Notes under the pieces: generated by a model
Databases searched by the model: none
Told to the model about the DNA's origin: nothing
What the model saw: the letters and a program-made list of their open reading frames with translations, nothing else
DNA from: Actinomycetota bacterium
GTDB taxonomy: Bacteria > Actinomycetota > UBA4738 > CALAEC01
Assembly (NCBI GenBank): GCA_035642095.1
Contig: DASQTB010000136.1
Location: 1-62,034 of the forward strand
Direction: 5' to 3'
Length of the DNA stretch: 62,034 bases
Program-made: the position numbers and the translations under genes
Shown: piece after piece, positions 28,115 through 38,244 of the stretch
How the letters are laid out: each line of letters opens with the position of its first letter
How positions within the stretch are numbered: position 1 is the first letter of the stretch

Positions 28115-28216
28115 CTACTTGCCGCGCTGACGCCGCTGCCAGCGAGTCTTCTTCAGAAGCTTCTTGTGCTTCTTCTTGCGCATCTTCTTGCGCCGCTTCT
28201 TGATGACCGAGGGCAT
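28115..28216 (-). CDS. 30S ribosomal protein bS22 (33 aa)
   Basis: Below the ORF-track cutoff. Translation is [33 protein letters not shown], which closely resembles mycobacterial bS22 ([25 protein letters not shown]...). It sits next to the conserved excisionase-like HTH gene, as in mycobacteria. Confidence 0.8.
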   Translation of the reverse strand: [33 protein letters not shown]

Positions 28217-28229
28217 GCGTTCCTTTCGA

Positions 28230-29120
28230 TCAGTCGGACCCGAACAGGTTCCGGAGGTCGACCCGCCGGGCACGGAACCCGTCCTCGAGCCGGACCGACC
28301 CTAGGATAAGGGCTTTCGGGGCGTCCGCCACCGGGGAGATCAACCGGAGCGCCCCATCGTCGGCCAGGTGCTCCAGGTAGCCCAGCCCGATGCACCGGCC
28401 CTTCCCGTCCGATAGACCGACCACCAGATGGTCCAGGACGGAGAGGTCGAACAGGGCGGGGAGGGCCGGCATGAACACGGTGGGCTTGACCCGCCACCGG
28501 TGGAGCGGCTCCTGGAAGTACCGGCGCATCGATTCCTCTCTGGTCGCCGCCCGCTGTTCCACGGAGGTCGGCATCACGTCTCGGTGGACATCGACCGCCA
28601 GCACCTCGGCCGGATGGAACCGGCGGATCACGCCGAGCAGCGGCTCGAGCTCGCCGCCGCGAGCCAGGCCCACGACCAGGTCCGGTTGGAGCACCGCGAC
28701 CTTGTGGAACTTGAGCACCTGCCCGTACACACCGGAGACCAGGCCGGTGGTGTCGACCACCACCAGGTCGGCCCCCGACTCCCGGGCCCCATCCAGCAGC
28801 AGCCTGGTCCCGGTGACCAGGGGGAGCAGGTGCCCCTGAGGCGACGTGGCTCCCACGAAGCCCAGCTGATCGGCCCGGGCCAGCGCGTCCGGATCGAGGT
28901 CGGAGGTCAACCGGCAGAGCTTGAGCCCCACCGTGGCGGGCGGCCCGACGGTCGATTGGCCCACGTCGGCGTCGAGGTACCCGGCTACCAGGCCGGCCTC
29001 GACCGCCCGCCGGGCGATGAGGCGGGCCATGGTGCTCTTGCCCGAGTCGAGCCCGCCGAGGAGCATCGTCACCCCGCGACGGCCGAGCGCTCGCTCGACG
29101 ACATCGTCGTACGGATCCAT
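28230..29120 (-). CDS. Clp1/Grc3-family P-loop protein (putative polynucleotide 5'-kinase)
   Basis: Walker A GGLDSGKST followed by YLDADVGQS (the Clp1-type DxDxGQ) and a VVVDTTG Walker B-like motif. 296 aa. Confidence 0.6.
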   Translation of the reverse strand: MDPYDDVVERALGRRGVTMLLGGLDSGKSTMARLIARRAVEAGLVAGYLDADVGQSTVGPPATVGLKLCRLTSDLDPDALARADQLGFVGATSPQGHLLPLVTGTRLLLDGARESGADLVVVDTTGLVSGVYGQVLKFHKVAVLQPDLVVGLARGGELEPLLGVIRRFHPAEVLAVDVHRDVMPTSVEQRAATREESMRRYFQEPLHRWRVKPTVFMPALPALFDLSVLDHLVVGLSDGKGRCIGLGYLEHLADDGALRLISPVADAPKALILGSVRLEDGFRARRVDLRNLFGSD

Positions 29121-29161
29121 CCCGACCTCTCGCAGTCGGGCGATCGATCCGAGAGGCCCTT

Positions 29162-29359
29162 TTACCCCGCTTCGGTGTACCTCAAGTCGAGGTAGCGGTG
29201 GACGTCCTCCTCGCGGAGGCGGTACCCCCGGCCGATCCTGACTGCCGGGAGGTCCCCCTGTTTGATCAACCGGTAGACGGTCATCTTGGACACCCGCATC
29301 ATCTGGGCGACCTCGTTCACGGTCACGAAACGAGCCTCACGGAAAGATCGCTGGGCCAC
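29162..29359 (-). CDS. excisionase-family helix-turn-helix DNA-binding protein
   Basis: 65 aa. VTVNEVAQMMRVSKMTVYRLIKQGDLPAVRIGRGYRL is the canonical MerR/excisionase-type HTH. Confidence 0.85.
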   Translation of the reverse strand: MAQRSFREARFVTVNEVAQMMRVSKMTVYRLIKQGDLPAVRIGRGYRLREEDVHRYLDLRYTEAG

Positions 29360-29457
29360 GCTGAGCGCATCGTAACAGAGGGCCGTCCCCCCGGAGGCCC
29401 CACCGGTCTTGCTCCGGTCACCGTCGGCCCATCCGTCACGCGTGCCAGAATCGAGTC

Positions 29458-30162
29458 GTGGCGGGAACGCTCTACCTGGGGACGTCGGGGTTCGCCTATC
29501 CGGAGTGGAAAGGGTCCTTCTATCCAGAGGACGCCAAGAGCAGCGACTTCCTCCCCCACTACGCTGCCCGATTCCCCTCGGTGGAGATCAACTACACGTT
29601 CCGCCGGTTCCCCGCGGAGAAGACCATGCGCCGATGGGCCGACCAGGCCCCCGAGGGCTTTCGCTTCGCCCTCAAGGCAAACCAGCGGATCACCCACACC
29701 CGCCGGCTGCGAGATGCCGACCAGGACGTGGGGGATTTCCTGGACCGGGCCCGCCTCCTGGGGAACCGGCTGGGCCCGATCCTGTTCCAGTGTCCTCCAT
29801 CGCTGCACTTCGACCGAGATCTCATCCGGTCCTTCCTGGCCTACCTCCCACCCGTAGCGCCGTACGCCATGGAGTTCCGCCACGAGTCGTGGACCGAAGC
29901 CAAGCCGATCCTCCGTGACAACGGGGTGGCCTGGTGCGTGTCGGAGACGGACGAGCGCTCCGCCGACGACGTCCCGACGGAGCCCTTCGTCTACCTCCGC
30001 CTCCGCAAGGAGGAATACGGGGACGAGGACCTCAAGCGCTGGTCGGACATCGTCGAGTCGGCGAGGGTGGGGGGCCGTGACGTCTTCGCCTTCTTCAAGC
30101 ACGAGGAAGGCACCGCCGCTCCCCAGTACGCCCGCCGCCTGGCCGAGCTCCTCGGCGGCTGA
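29458..30162 (+). CDS. DUF72 family protein
   Basis: LYLGTSGFAYPEWKGSFYPE and FPSVEINYTFRRFP are signature DUF72 motifs. GTG start. Confidence 0.8.
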   Translation: MAGTLYLGTSGFAYPEWKGSFYPEDAKSSDFLPHYAARFPSVEINYTFRRFPAEKTMRRWADQAPEGFRFALKANQRITHTRRLRDADQDVGDFLDRARLLGNRLGPILFQCPPSLHFDRDLIRSFLAYLPPVAPYAMEFRHESWTEAKPILRDNGVAWCVSETDERSADDVPTEPFVYLRLRKEEYGDEDLKRWSDIVESARVGGRDVFAFFKHEEGTAAPQYARRLAELLGG

Positions 30163-30166
30163 ACCA

Positions 30167-30985
30167 TCAGTCCCGGAAGCGGGACGCGATGACCTGGAAG
30201 CAGGGCCAGTAGGCTTCCGGCTGGACGTTGTCGTCCATCACCGCCACCGGCCCGCACCGGCCCTGGGCCCGGGCCACGACCAGGGCGGGGTCGTTCACAT
30301 CGGCGATGGCCACCGTGTCGACACCGGCCTCGATGGCCGCGCCGGCGAAACCGTGATCGGCGAAAACCAGGTCGGGAGTCATCTCGTCGAGCATCCGCTC
30401 CATGGCCTCCGGACCGTGGGTGTGGAGGGCGGACGCGCGATCGGTCAGCATGGCCACCCCAGCGAAGAACCGGATCTGCCGGCGCCGGCCCTGGTCCTCC
30501 CACATCTCCCCCTCCAAGGGGCGGATCAGCTTCGCCCCGTGGTCGGCCAGCAGCTTGCCGCTCTCCTGGTAGAGGAGCGGCAGTCCGGTCGGATGGCCTG
30601 TGGCCAGCAGGACGCGTTCCCCTCGGTCCGCCGCCTGCCGGAGCCGGTCGCCGATCCGCTCGAACGCGTCCAGGACCCGGTCGGGATCGACCCGGACCAG
30701 GCCGTGGCGGGCCGACGGATCGGCGTCGATGCCGCCGGCCTCTGCGACCAGCCGGAGGACCTCGGTGGGGGTCATGTCGTTCACTCCTGTGAGCCCGAAC
30801 TGCGAGTCGGGATCGCCGTCGCACAGGCGTTTGATCTTCCACAGGACGTTCGGACGGTCGTGGGAGTTGACCCCGGCGGCGCCGCTGTCCACCAGGGCTG
30901 CTCGGAGCGTGCTCCGCTCGTACGGGCGGGGGATCCAGGCGTCCGGTTCGACACCGGGATGTGCTTTGCTGGCCACCGCATCCAT
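30167..30985 (-). CDS. conserved hypothetical protein (possibly phosphatase-like)
   Basis: 272 aa soluble protein with high GC3. I recognise no motif with confidence. Confidence 0.5.
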   Translation of the reverse strand: MDAVASKAHPGVEPDAWIPRPYERSTLRAALVDSGAAGVNSHDRPNVLWKIKRLCDGDPDSQFGLTGVNDMTPTEVLRLVAEAGGIDADPSARHGLVRVDPDRVLDAFERIGDRLRQAADRGERVLLATGHPTGLPLLYQESGKLLADHGAKLIRPLEGEMWEDQGRRRQIRFFAGVAMLTDRASALHTHGPEAMERMLDEMTPDLVFADHGFAGAAIEAGVDTVAIADVNDPALVVARAQGRCGPVAVMDDNVQPEAYWPCFQVIASRFRD

Positions 30986-31005
30986 CGTACAGGGAGGTCC
31001 GGACG

Positions 31006-31776
31006 ATGCCGGAGCTCGACGGCAAGGTGGCGCTGGTCACCGGAGGGAGCAAGGGGATCGGCCGCGCCGTGGCGCTGGCGTTCGCGGACGCGGGCGCCGA
31101 CGTCGCCCTGGCCGCGCGAGGGCCCGAGGCGCTGGAGAAGGCCGTCCGTGAGGTCGAGGAGCGCGGTCGCCGGGCCCTGGGTGTCCCCACGGACGTCGCG
31201 GACGCTGACCAGGTCGACGCCCTGGTGGAGCGCACGATCGGGGAGCTGGGGTCCCTGGACGTGCTGGTCAACAACGCGGGCGCCGCGCCCTTCCTCTCCC
31301 CGGTGGAATCGATCCGGCTGGACGGCTTCGAGAAGTACTTCCGGGTCAACTTCCTGAGCGCCCTCATCTGCACCCGAGCGGCTGCTCCTCACCTCCTGCA
31401 ACGCGGGGAGCGGGCGTCCGTGATCAACGTGGCCTCGGTGGCCGCGTTCGTGGCCAGTCCGGGGCTGGCGTACTACTCCACCGCCAAGGCAGCCCTGGTC
31501 AACCTGACCAGGACGGTGGCTCGTGAATGGGCCGGGTTCGGCGTCCGGGTGAACGCCATCGCCCCCGGATGGATCGAGACGGAGCTGAACGAGGGTGCCC
31601 GAGAGGACCCGTCGTTCTACCACACGATCAAGGCAACGATCCCCATGGGGCGGTGGGGCCGGGCCGAGGAAGTGGCGGAGGTGGCTCGGTTCCTGGCGTC
31701 CGACGCCGCCTCGTTCATGACGGGTTCGGTGGTGGTGGTCGACGGGGGTCAGACCGTCAGCAACCTGGTCCAGTGA
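31006..31776 (+). CDS. short-chain dehydrogenase/reductase (SDR)
   Basis: TGGSKGIGRAVA (TGxxxGxG), NNAG and YSTAK (YxxxK). GGGAGG SD before ATG 31006. Confidence 0.88.
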   Translation: MPELDGKVALVTGGSKGIGRAVALAFADAGADVALAARGPEALEKAVREVEERGRRALGVPTDVADADQVDALVERTIGELGSLDVLVNNAGAAPFLSPVESIRLDGFEKYFRVNFLSALICTRAAAPHLLQRGERASVINVASVAAFVASPGLAYYSTAKAALVNLTRTVAREWAGFGVRVNAIAPGWIETELNEGAREDPSFYHTIKATIPMGRWGRAEEVAEVARFLASDAASFMTGSVVVVDGGQTVSNLVQ

Positions 31777-32585
31777 GGTCGCTCGAGGGGAAGGTCTGCG
31801 TCGTCACCGGTGCCTCCAGCGGGATCGGGGAGGCCTCCGCCCGGGCGCTGGCCAGGGTGGGGGCCGCCGTGGTCCTGGCGGCTCGACGACAGGACGAGCT
31901 GGCTCGATGCGCGGATGAGATCGGGAACGGGGCCACATGGGTGCGCTGTGACGTGACCCGGATCGAGGAGCTGGAGGCCCTCCGGGAACACGTCGCCGAG
32001 GCGCACGGCAGGTGCGATGTGCTGGTGAACAACGCCGGCGTGCCGGGCGGCGGTCGGTTCGCCGAGCTGTCTCTCGATCGGATCCGCCTGGTCGCCGAGA
32101 CGAACCTCTTCGCCGTCATGGCCTGCACAAAGGTCTTCCTCCCGATGCTCCTCCGGACCGGGGGGCATGTGGTGAACGTCGCCTCTCTGGCAGGGAGATA
32201 CGCCCTGCCCGGCGCGGCGGTCTACACCGCGGCAAAGCACGGCGTGGTGGCCTTCTCGGAGTCGCTGCACCACGAGCTGACGCCCCTCGGCGTCATGGTC
32301 ACCGCGGTGAACCCCGGCCTGGTGGCCACGGAAGGGTTCGTCCCGGCCGACAGCCCGCTGTGGCGCGACCGCATCGCCCGACCGTTCATCATGCCCCCCC
32401 AGCGCGTGGCGAGGGCTATCGTCGACGTGGTCCGACACCGGAAGGGTCCCGAGGTATCGGTTCCGAGATGGCTGGGCGCGCCGCAGGCGGCCCGAATCCT
32501 CGCCCCGCCGCTGTACCGGGCCGCCCTGGGCCGCATCGCGGGGGGACGGGCGGGCACCGCCGAGGCACCCGGCGGCGAGCGCTAG
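31773..32585 (+). CDS. short-chain dehydrogenase/reductase (SDR)
   Basis: TGASSGIGEASA, NNAG and YTAAK. The GTG overlaps the upstream stop (GTGA). Confidence 0.85.
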   Translation: MRSLEGKVCVVTGASSGIGEASARALARVGAAVVLAARRQDELARCADEIGNGATWVRCDVTRIEELEALREHVAEAHGRCDVLVNNAGVPGGGRFAELSLDRIRLVAETNLFAVMACTKVFLPMLLRTGGHVVNVASLAGRYALPGAAVYTAAKHGVVAFSESLHHELTPLGVMVTAVNPGLVATEGFVPADSPLWRDRIARPFIMPPQRVARAIVDVVRHRKGPEVSVPRWLGAPQAARILAPPLYRAALGRIAGGRAGTAEAPGGER

Positions 32586-33310
32586 TCGCGCACGCAGCGC
32601 CAGATGGCCAGCCGCCACAGCACCCGGCTGCCGCGCTGGCGAAGGCGGATCAGGCCGTCGGCCATGAGCTGAGCCAGCGCCCTCGACCGGGCCACCAGGC
32701 CGGGAAGCGGGAACTCCCGCTGAGACACCTCGTCGATATTGGACGGCCCGAAGATGGTCCGGGCCACCTCGAGGACCCGATCCTCGGCCTGGATCGTCCC
32801 GGTCGGCAGGTACATCCGCCCGCCCCGCCGGAGGCGCTCCCGGACGCGCTCGAGCATGGCCACCGGAACCTCGGCCCCGGTGGGTCCACCGGAGTACCCG
32901 CCCGGGAACCATCCGGCCACCGAAGCGATCTCGTCAGGGATCCCTGAGACATCTCCGATGACGAGGTCGGCGGTCACGTCCGGAACCGGGTCGAACAGGT
33001 TCCCGGCCCGGAACTCGGTTCTGTCCGCGAGACCGAGACGACGGGCGTTCTCCGTGGCCACCCGAACGGCTTCCTGCATGATGTCGGTGCCGACCACCCG
33101 ACCGGCGCCGAGCCGGGCGGCCACGAAGCCGAGGATGCCGCTCCCGCAACCGACGTCGATCACGGTCTCCCCCGGCCGGACCTCCAGCGAGTCCGCCAGG
33201 AGCATGCTGGTCGGGGTGGGCCGGAAGACCTCAGGGGTGAGCTCGAGATCGAACGGTCCCGTCCGACCTTTCCACCGGACGGTGTCCACGGGCGAGGGAG
33301 CAAGACTCAT
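32582..33310 (-). CDS. class I SAM-dependent methyltransferase (PrmC/HemK-like fold)
   Basis: VIDVGCGSGILG motif I, GTDI, and an IGDVSGIPDE segment in place of NPPY. Confidence 0.7.
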   Translation of the reverse strand: MSLAPSPVDTVRWKGRTGPFDLELTPEVFRPTPTSMLLADSLEVRPGETVIDVGCGSGILGFVAARLGAGRVVGTDIMQEAVRVATENARRLGLADRTEFRAGNLFDPVPDVTADLVIGDVSGIPDEIASVAGWFPGGYSGGPTGAEVPVAMLERVRERLRRGGRMYLPTGTIQAEDRVLEVARTIFGPSNIDEVSQREFPLPGLVARSRALAQLMADGLIRLRQRGSRVLWRLAIWRCVRD

Positions 33311-33356
33311 GGACGAGACTCTACCTCCTTCGCCATGCGATGCACGCCGCCGACCA

Positions 33357-33719
33357 CTACACCGTGAAGTACTGGCGGGTCGTCGACAGGGCGTAGATGA
33401 GGAACGCGTCGAGGGCCAGATTGATGATCGAGATCGTGCTCCCCTGGATCAGCGCGATCAAGGCGAACACGGCGCCGACGATCGCCAGGATGAGACCGAG
33501 GCTTCGGCCCTGCTCCCGAAGCTGGAGGACCATCCATCCGGCCCAGATCGAGGCAGCGCCGACCGCCAGCCCGATCAGGACGTACAGGATCCCGAGGCCA
33601 CCCGCCAGGCTGAGCAGGATCAGCGCCGAGACGACGCTCAGCGCGCCGGCGATGATGAGGACGATGCCGGCTGCGGTGATCAGCGGGGGACGAGCGGACG
33701 CGGGTTGCACGATTCGAGC
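33357..33719 (-). CDS. small 4-TM membrane protein, unknown function
   Basis: I prefer GTG 33719, which follows an AGGAGG SD by 8 nt. The longer track ORF (start 33776) would overlap pyk. Confidence 0.55.
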   Translation of the reverse strand, partial: ARIVQPASARPPLITAAGIVLIIAGALSVVSALILLSLAGGLGILYVLIGLAVGAASIWAGWMVLQLREQGRSLGLILAIVGAVFALIALIQGSTISIINLALDAFLIYALSTTRQYFTV

Positions 33720-33768
33720 CTCCTGTGCTTGTAGCCAGAGGCACTCTACGGATCGATGAACGTGGGTG

Positions 33769-35157
33769 TCAAACATCGAGGCGATGCATCTTGAGCAGGT
33801 TCGCGTGTGTCCGGCCGGCGGGAGACGACGCCACCATCACCACCGACCCCCCCACGCCGATGTCACGAAGTCCGGTCTCCATCATGGCGATCATCGCGTC
33901 GGTGTCGGAGGGCGGTTCGCATACCCGGGGGGCGACTCCGTGGAAGAGCGTCATTCGCCCGACGGCCCGAGGATCCGGGGTGAATGCGTGGATCGGCACG
34001 CCTGGACGGCACGCCGACAGCAGCCGGGCGGTGAGACCGCTCCGGGTGAAGCAGGCCACCGCTTCGGCACCCCCCCGGAGGGCCAGGACAGCGGCGGCTC
34101 TAGCCAGCGGCAGCTCCTCCAAGTCGAGCGCGCCGGGCTCTCGACCCCGTGGCAGGAAGTCGGCGCCGGCGGTCTCTGCGGTCTCCAGGATCCGTGCAGC
34201 GGTTCGGACCGCCTCCACGGGATAGCGCCCGATGGCGGTCTCCGCGGACAGGAGGATGGCGTCGGCGCCGTCGAACACGGCCTGGGCCACGTCCTGGGTC
34301 TCGGCCCTGGTCGGGCGGGGAGTTCCGATCATCGACTCGAGCATCTGCGTGGCCACGACCACCGGTCGAGCGGTGTCCCTGGCCAGGGCGACTAGGCGCT
34401 TCTGGAGCACGGGGATCTCCTCGAGCGGCGTCTCCACCCCCAGATCTCCCCGGGCCACCATGATCCCGTCCGACGCGTCCAGGATCGCCGCGGCGTCCTC
34501 GACGGCGGGGCGAGTCTCGATCTTGGCCACGATGACCGGCCTGGGGTCGGGGATCATCCCGGCCAGCGCCCGGACATCGCCCGCCCGGCGGACGAACGAC
34601 TGAGCCACCATGTCGATCCCGGCGCGGAGCGCCCAGCGGAGATCCTCCTCGTCCTTCGGCGAGATCGTCGGCATCGACAGCCGCTCGGACGGAACGTTCA
34701 CCCCGGCCCGAGAGCGGACCGTCCCGCCCCGGACAACCTCGGTCATCACCCCGCCGCCGGCCCGCTCCATCACCCGAAGCTCGACGGCGCCGTCGGCCAG
34801 GAGCACGCGGTCTCCCGGCTCGATGTCCGATGCCAGGGCGGCATGCGTCGTGCCGGCGCCTCGAACGTCTCCGATCCCATCGGGGCGAAACTCGAACCTC
34901 GCACCGGTCTCCAGCGTCACCTCGCCGCCCTCCAAGTCGCCGAGCCGGACCTTCGGGCCGGAGAGATCCGCCATCACACCGACCGGCCGGCCGCCCTGGC
35001 CGGATGCCCGGCGGACGGCCTCGAGGATCCGGACCCGAGCGTCCGGCTCGCCGTGGGAGCAGTTGATCCGAGCGACGTCCATCCCGGCGGCGACCAACTC
35101 CCCGACCCGGTGCTCGGAGGCAGGTCCGAGGGTGCAGACCAGCTTGGTCGCCCTCAA
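33769..35157 (-). CDS. pyk: pyruvate kinase
   Basis: TKLVCTLGPAS..., ARINCSHG, MADLSGPKVR, MVARGDLGVE and VATQMLESM. TTG 35157 overlaps the upstream stop (TTGA). The long N-terminal track extension lies out of frame inside the acuC-like gene. Confidence 0.92.
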   Translation of the reverse strand: MRATKLVCTLGPASEHRVGELVAAGMDVARINCSHGEPDARVRILEAVRRASGQGGRPVGVMADLSGPKVRLGDLEGGEVTLETGARFEFRPDGIGDVRGAGTTHAALASDIEPGDRVLLADGAVELRVMERAGGGVMTEVVRGGTVRSRAGVNVPSERLSMPTISPKDEEDLRWALRAGIDMVAQSFVRRAGDVRALAGMIPDPRPVIVAKIETRPAVEDAAAILDASDGIMVARGDLGVETPLEEIPVLQKRLVALARDTARPVVVATQMLESMIGTPRPTRAETQDVAQAVFDGADAILLSAETAIGRYPVEAVRTAARILETAETAGADFLPRGREPGALDLEELPLARAAAVLALRGGAEAVACFTRSGLTARLLSACRPGVPIHAFTPDPRAVGRMTLFHGVAPRVCEPPSDTDAMIAMMETGLRDIGVGGSVVMVASSPAGRTHANLLKMHRLDV

Positions 35158-36275
35158 CGCCGACCCCCCAGCTCGTCCACGACCCGTCTGACGGCGTCCA
35201 GGTCCTCGGCGGCCGATGGAGAGCTTTCGGAGAGCCGGTCGGGCACGCCCCGGCCACCGACCTCCGCAGCGAGGTCCAGCCACTCGACCGGGATGTCGTC
35301 GTCGAGCTCCGCGTCGGCCATCTCCGCGAAGTAGATCGTCCATGCCCGGGGGACCACCCGGGCCCACTGGTAGCCCCCGCCTCCGGTGGCCACCCACCTT
35401 CCGCCGGCGGCTTCGTGGGCCAGCCCGTGAAGCTCCGCCGCCGCTTCGCGATAGGCCCTGGTCGAGAGGGCCAGATGGGCCAGCGGGTCGGTGTGGTGCG
35501 TGTCGCAGCCGAGCTGTGTCACCAGCACGTCGGGCCGGTGGTCGCGGACCCTCGACGGAACCACGGCCCGGAACGCCTCCAGCCAGCCGTCGTCGGAGGT
35601 GTAGGGCGGAAGGGGCACGTTCGCCTTCGTCCCTTCGGCGTCCCCTCCCCCCCGTTCGTCCGGGAAACCCGTGCCGGGGAACAGGTACCGGCCGGACTCG
35701 TGAACCGAGATCGTCAAGACGCGGGGGTCGTCCCAGAAGACCGCCTGAGGTCCGTCGCCGTGGTGGACGTCCACGTCGACGTAGGCCACCCGCTCGACGC
35801 CCCGGCGGAGCAGCCAGGCGATGGCCAGGGCCGGATCGTCGTACACGCAGAACCCCGAGGCTCGCTCCGGCATGGCGTGGTGGAGGCCGCCGGCCGGGCT
35901 GAAGGCGTGCTCCGCTTGGCCGGAGAGCACCTCCTCCGCGGCAACCAGCGAGGCGCCGGCCACGCGGGCCGAGGCCTCGTGCATCCCGGGGAAGATCGGG
36001 TTGTCGCCGGGGCCGAACCCGAACCGGAACCACTCCCCCGGCTCGCCGGCGCCGGCCCGCTTGACCGCGTCGACGTACCGCATGGTGTGGACGAGGTGGA
36101 GCTCCTCGTCTGCGGCGATCCGGGCCGGGAACTCCTCCACCCGCCCGTCGACGATCCCATACGCCCGGATTAGCTCCCGGGTGAGCATGACCCGGACCGG
36201 CTTCAGGGGATGCTCGGGGCCGTGGTCGTAGGCCACCAGCTCCGGCGAGTAGACCAGCACGACCCGCCGGCTCAC
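35154..36275 (-). CDS. acetoin utilization protein AcuC / histone deacetylase-family protein
   Basis: HPLKP..., GGLHHAMPERASGFCVYDD and DVDVHHGDG are class I/II HDAC zinc-site motifs. Confidence 0.88.
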   Translation of the reverse strand: MSRRVVLVYSPELVAYDHGPEHPLKPVRVMLTRELIRAYGIVDGRVEEFPARIAADEELHLVHTMRYVDAVKRAGAGEPGEWFRFGFGPGDNPIFPGMHEASARVAGASLVAAEEVLSGQAEHAFSPAGGLHHAMPERASGFCVYDDPALAIAWLLRRGVERVAYVDVDVHHGDGPQAVFWDDPRVLTISVHESGRYLFPGTGFPDERGGGDAEGTKANVPLPPYTSDDGWLEAFRAVVPSRVRDHRPDVLVTQLGCDTHHTDPLAHLALSTRAYREAAAELHGLAHEAAGGRWVATGGGGYQWARVVPRAWTIYFAEMADAELDDDIPVEWLDLAAEVGGRGVPDRLSESSPSAAEDLDAVRRVVDELGGRR

Positions 36276-36658
36276 CGGGGCATCACGGCGTCGGCCTCGA
36301 TCTCGACGACGTACCGGGCGTCGATCAGCGCCTGGACGACGACCGCGGTCGACGCCGGGCGGATGGCCCCGAACAGCTCACCGTGCACCCGGATGACCTG
36401 TTCGGCATCCTCGGCTCGGGTGAGGTACATCCGGGTTCGAACGACGTCGTCGGGCCCCGCTCCAGCCTCGCCCAACGCGGCGAAGATGATCTCGAAGCAT
36501 CGCCGGGCCTGGCTCTCCGCGTCCGGCGGCGGCTCTGCCCCATCCGGCATCGAGGCCACGGTCCCCGAGACGTGGACGTGCTCCCCGGCAACGACGGCCC
36601 GAGAGTAGCCCGCCACCGGCTCCCAGGGGGCCCCGGAGCTGACCAGCCGCCGCTCCAC
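36272..36658 (-). CDS. RidA/YjgF/UK114 family protein
   Basis: 128 aa. YSRAVVAGEHVHVSGT... and ...VEIEADAV are typical of the family. The GTG start immediately follows the upstream stop. Confidence 0.8.
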   Translation of the reverse strand: MERRLVSSGAPWEPVAGYSRAVVAGEHVHVSGTVASMPDGAEPPPDAESQARRCFEIIFAALGEAGAGPDDVVRTRMYLTRAEDAEQVIRVHGELFGAIRPASTAVVVQALIDARYVVEIEADAVMPR

Positions 36659-38143
36659 CTAATCGATGCCCTGGGCCTTCTGGACCCGGCCCGAGAAGTC
36701 GACCGAGACCGCCTTCCACTCGGTGAACTCGTCGAGGGACTGCGGTCCCGCTTCTCGATGGCCGTTGCCGGTGTTCTTCATCCCCCCGAAGGGCAGCTGG
36801 ACCTCCGCACCGATCGTCGGGGCGTTCACGTAGACAACGCCGAACTCGAGCTCGGTGATCGCCCGGAACACATTCGTGATGTCGTGGGTATAGATCGATG
36901 CCGACAGGCCGTAGCCGGTCGAGTTGGCGATCCGGATCGCGTCGTCCACGTCGCCCGTGCGGATGATCCCGGTCACCGGACCGAAGATCTCCTCTTGGGC
37001 GATGCGCATCTCCGGCGTCATGTCACCGAACACGGTGGGAGCGACGAAGTTGCCCTTCTCGTAACCGTCGCCGGTCAGCTCCTCGCCGCCCGTCAGGAGT
37101 GTGGCCCCCTCCTTCTTGCCGATCTCGATGTACTCCAGGACGCGCTCCTTTTGCTTGGCGTTGATCACGGGGGCCAGCTCGACCTCGGGATCGAGGCCCG
37201 AGCCCACCTTCATCCCCTTCACCCGGTCGAGCAGCTTCGAGGTGAACTCGTCCCGGGCCGCCTGATGGACGACAAGCCGAGAGGTGGCCGTGCATCGCTG
37301 GCCGCTGGTGGCGAAGGCGCCCCACGCCGAGGCCTCGACGGCGAGATCCATCTCGGCGTCGGGCATCACGATCAGGACGTTCTTCGAACCGAGCTCCAGG
37401 GAGCACCGCTTCATCAGCCGTCCGCAGGTCTCGGCGATGTGCCGACCCACCTCGAGCGATCCGGTGAATGAGACCGCGCGGACATCGGGGTGAACGACCA
37501 GGGACTCGCCGCACTCCTCGCCGAAGCCGTGGACCAGGTTGAGCACGCCTGGAGGGAGGCCCACCTCCTCGAAGACCTGGACCAGGATCGTGGCCAGAAG
37601 CGGCGTGTCCTCCGCGGGCTTGAACACGCTGGTGCACCCGGACACGATGGCCGGGGCGATCTTCCACAGGGGTATGGCGATCGGGAAGTTCCACGGCGTG
37701 ATCAGCCCCACCACGCCGATGGGATGCCGGACCGTCATGGAGAACTTGTTCCGGAGCTCCGCGGGGATCGTGTGGCCGAAGTACCGCCGGCCCTCTCCCG
37801 CCATGTAGAAGCAGAAATCGATGCCTTCCTGCACGTCCCCCCGCGATTCCTTGAGCGTCTTCCCCATCTCACGGGTCATCAGCTCCGACAGCTCATCCTT
37901 CCGCCGCTCCAGGATGAGCCCCGCCCGGAGGATGTAGTCGGCGCGCTCGGGGACCGGCGTGGCCATCCATTCGCGGTACGCCTGGCCTGCCGCCTCGACC
38001 GCCCGGGCCACGTCCTCCGACCCGCTCCGAGGGAACGTTCCGACGAGCTCGTCGCGGTTCGCGGGGTTCCTCGATTCGAACGTCTCTCCCGAGCCGGCGG
38101 GGACCCACTTGCCACCGATGTAGTTGCGATGTTCCTCCGTCAT
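36659..38143 (-). CDS. NAD(P)-dependent aldehyde dehydrogenase
   Basis: NYIGGKWV..., FTGS, ELGSKN (catalytic Glu region) and [10 protein letters not shown] (catalytic Cys). AAGGAG SD before ATG 38143. Confidence 0.9.
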   Translation of the reverse strand: MTEEHRNYIGGKWVPAGSGETFESRNPANRDELVGTFPRSGSEDVARAVEAAGQAYREWMATPVPERADYILRAGLILERRKDELSELMTREMGKTLKESRGDVQEGIDFCFYMAGEGRRYFGHTIPAELRNKFSMTVRHPIGVVGLITPWNFPIAIPLWKIAPAIVSGCTSVFKPAEDTPLLATILVQVFEEVGLPPGVLNLVHGFGEECGESLVVHPDVRAVSFTGSLEVGRHIAETCGRLMKRCSLELGSKNVLIVMPDAEMDLAVEASAWGAFATSGQRCTATSRLVVHQAARDEFTSKLLDRVKGMKVGSGLDPEVELAPVINAKQKERVLEYIEIGKKEGATLLTGGEELTGDGYEKGNFVAPTVFGDMTPEMRIAQEEIFGPVTGIIRTGDVDDAIRIANSTGYGLSASIYTHDITNVFRAITELEFGVVYVNAPTIGAEVQLPFGGMKNTGNGHREAGPQSLDEFTEWKAVSVDFSGRVQKAQGID

Positions 38144-38244
38144 GGACGCTTCTCCTTCCACTCCCGGTCCGACCATCCTATTCCCGTCACCGTCGCCGTC
38201 GGACGTGAGGCACAATGGCCCCTCCACGGAGAAGGGAGGATCGG

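Noticed and set aside
29162-29359. Excisionase-family HTH as a marker of a prophage or integrative element
   Set aside because: No integrase, att-like repeats, tRNA or phage genes are nearby. This small HTH is a conserved chromosomal neighbour of bS22 in actinobacteria.
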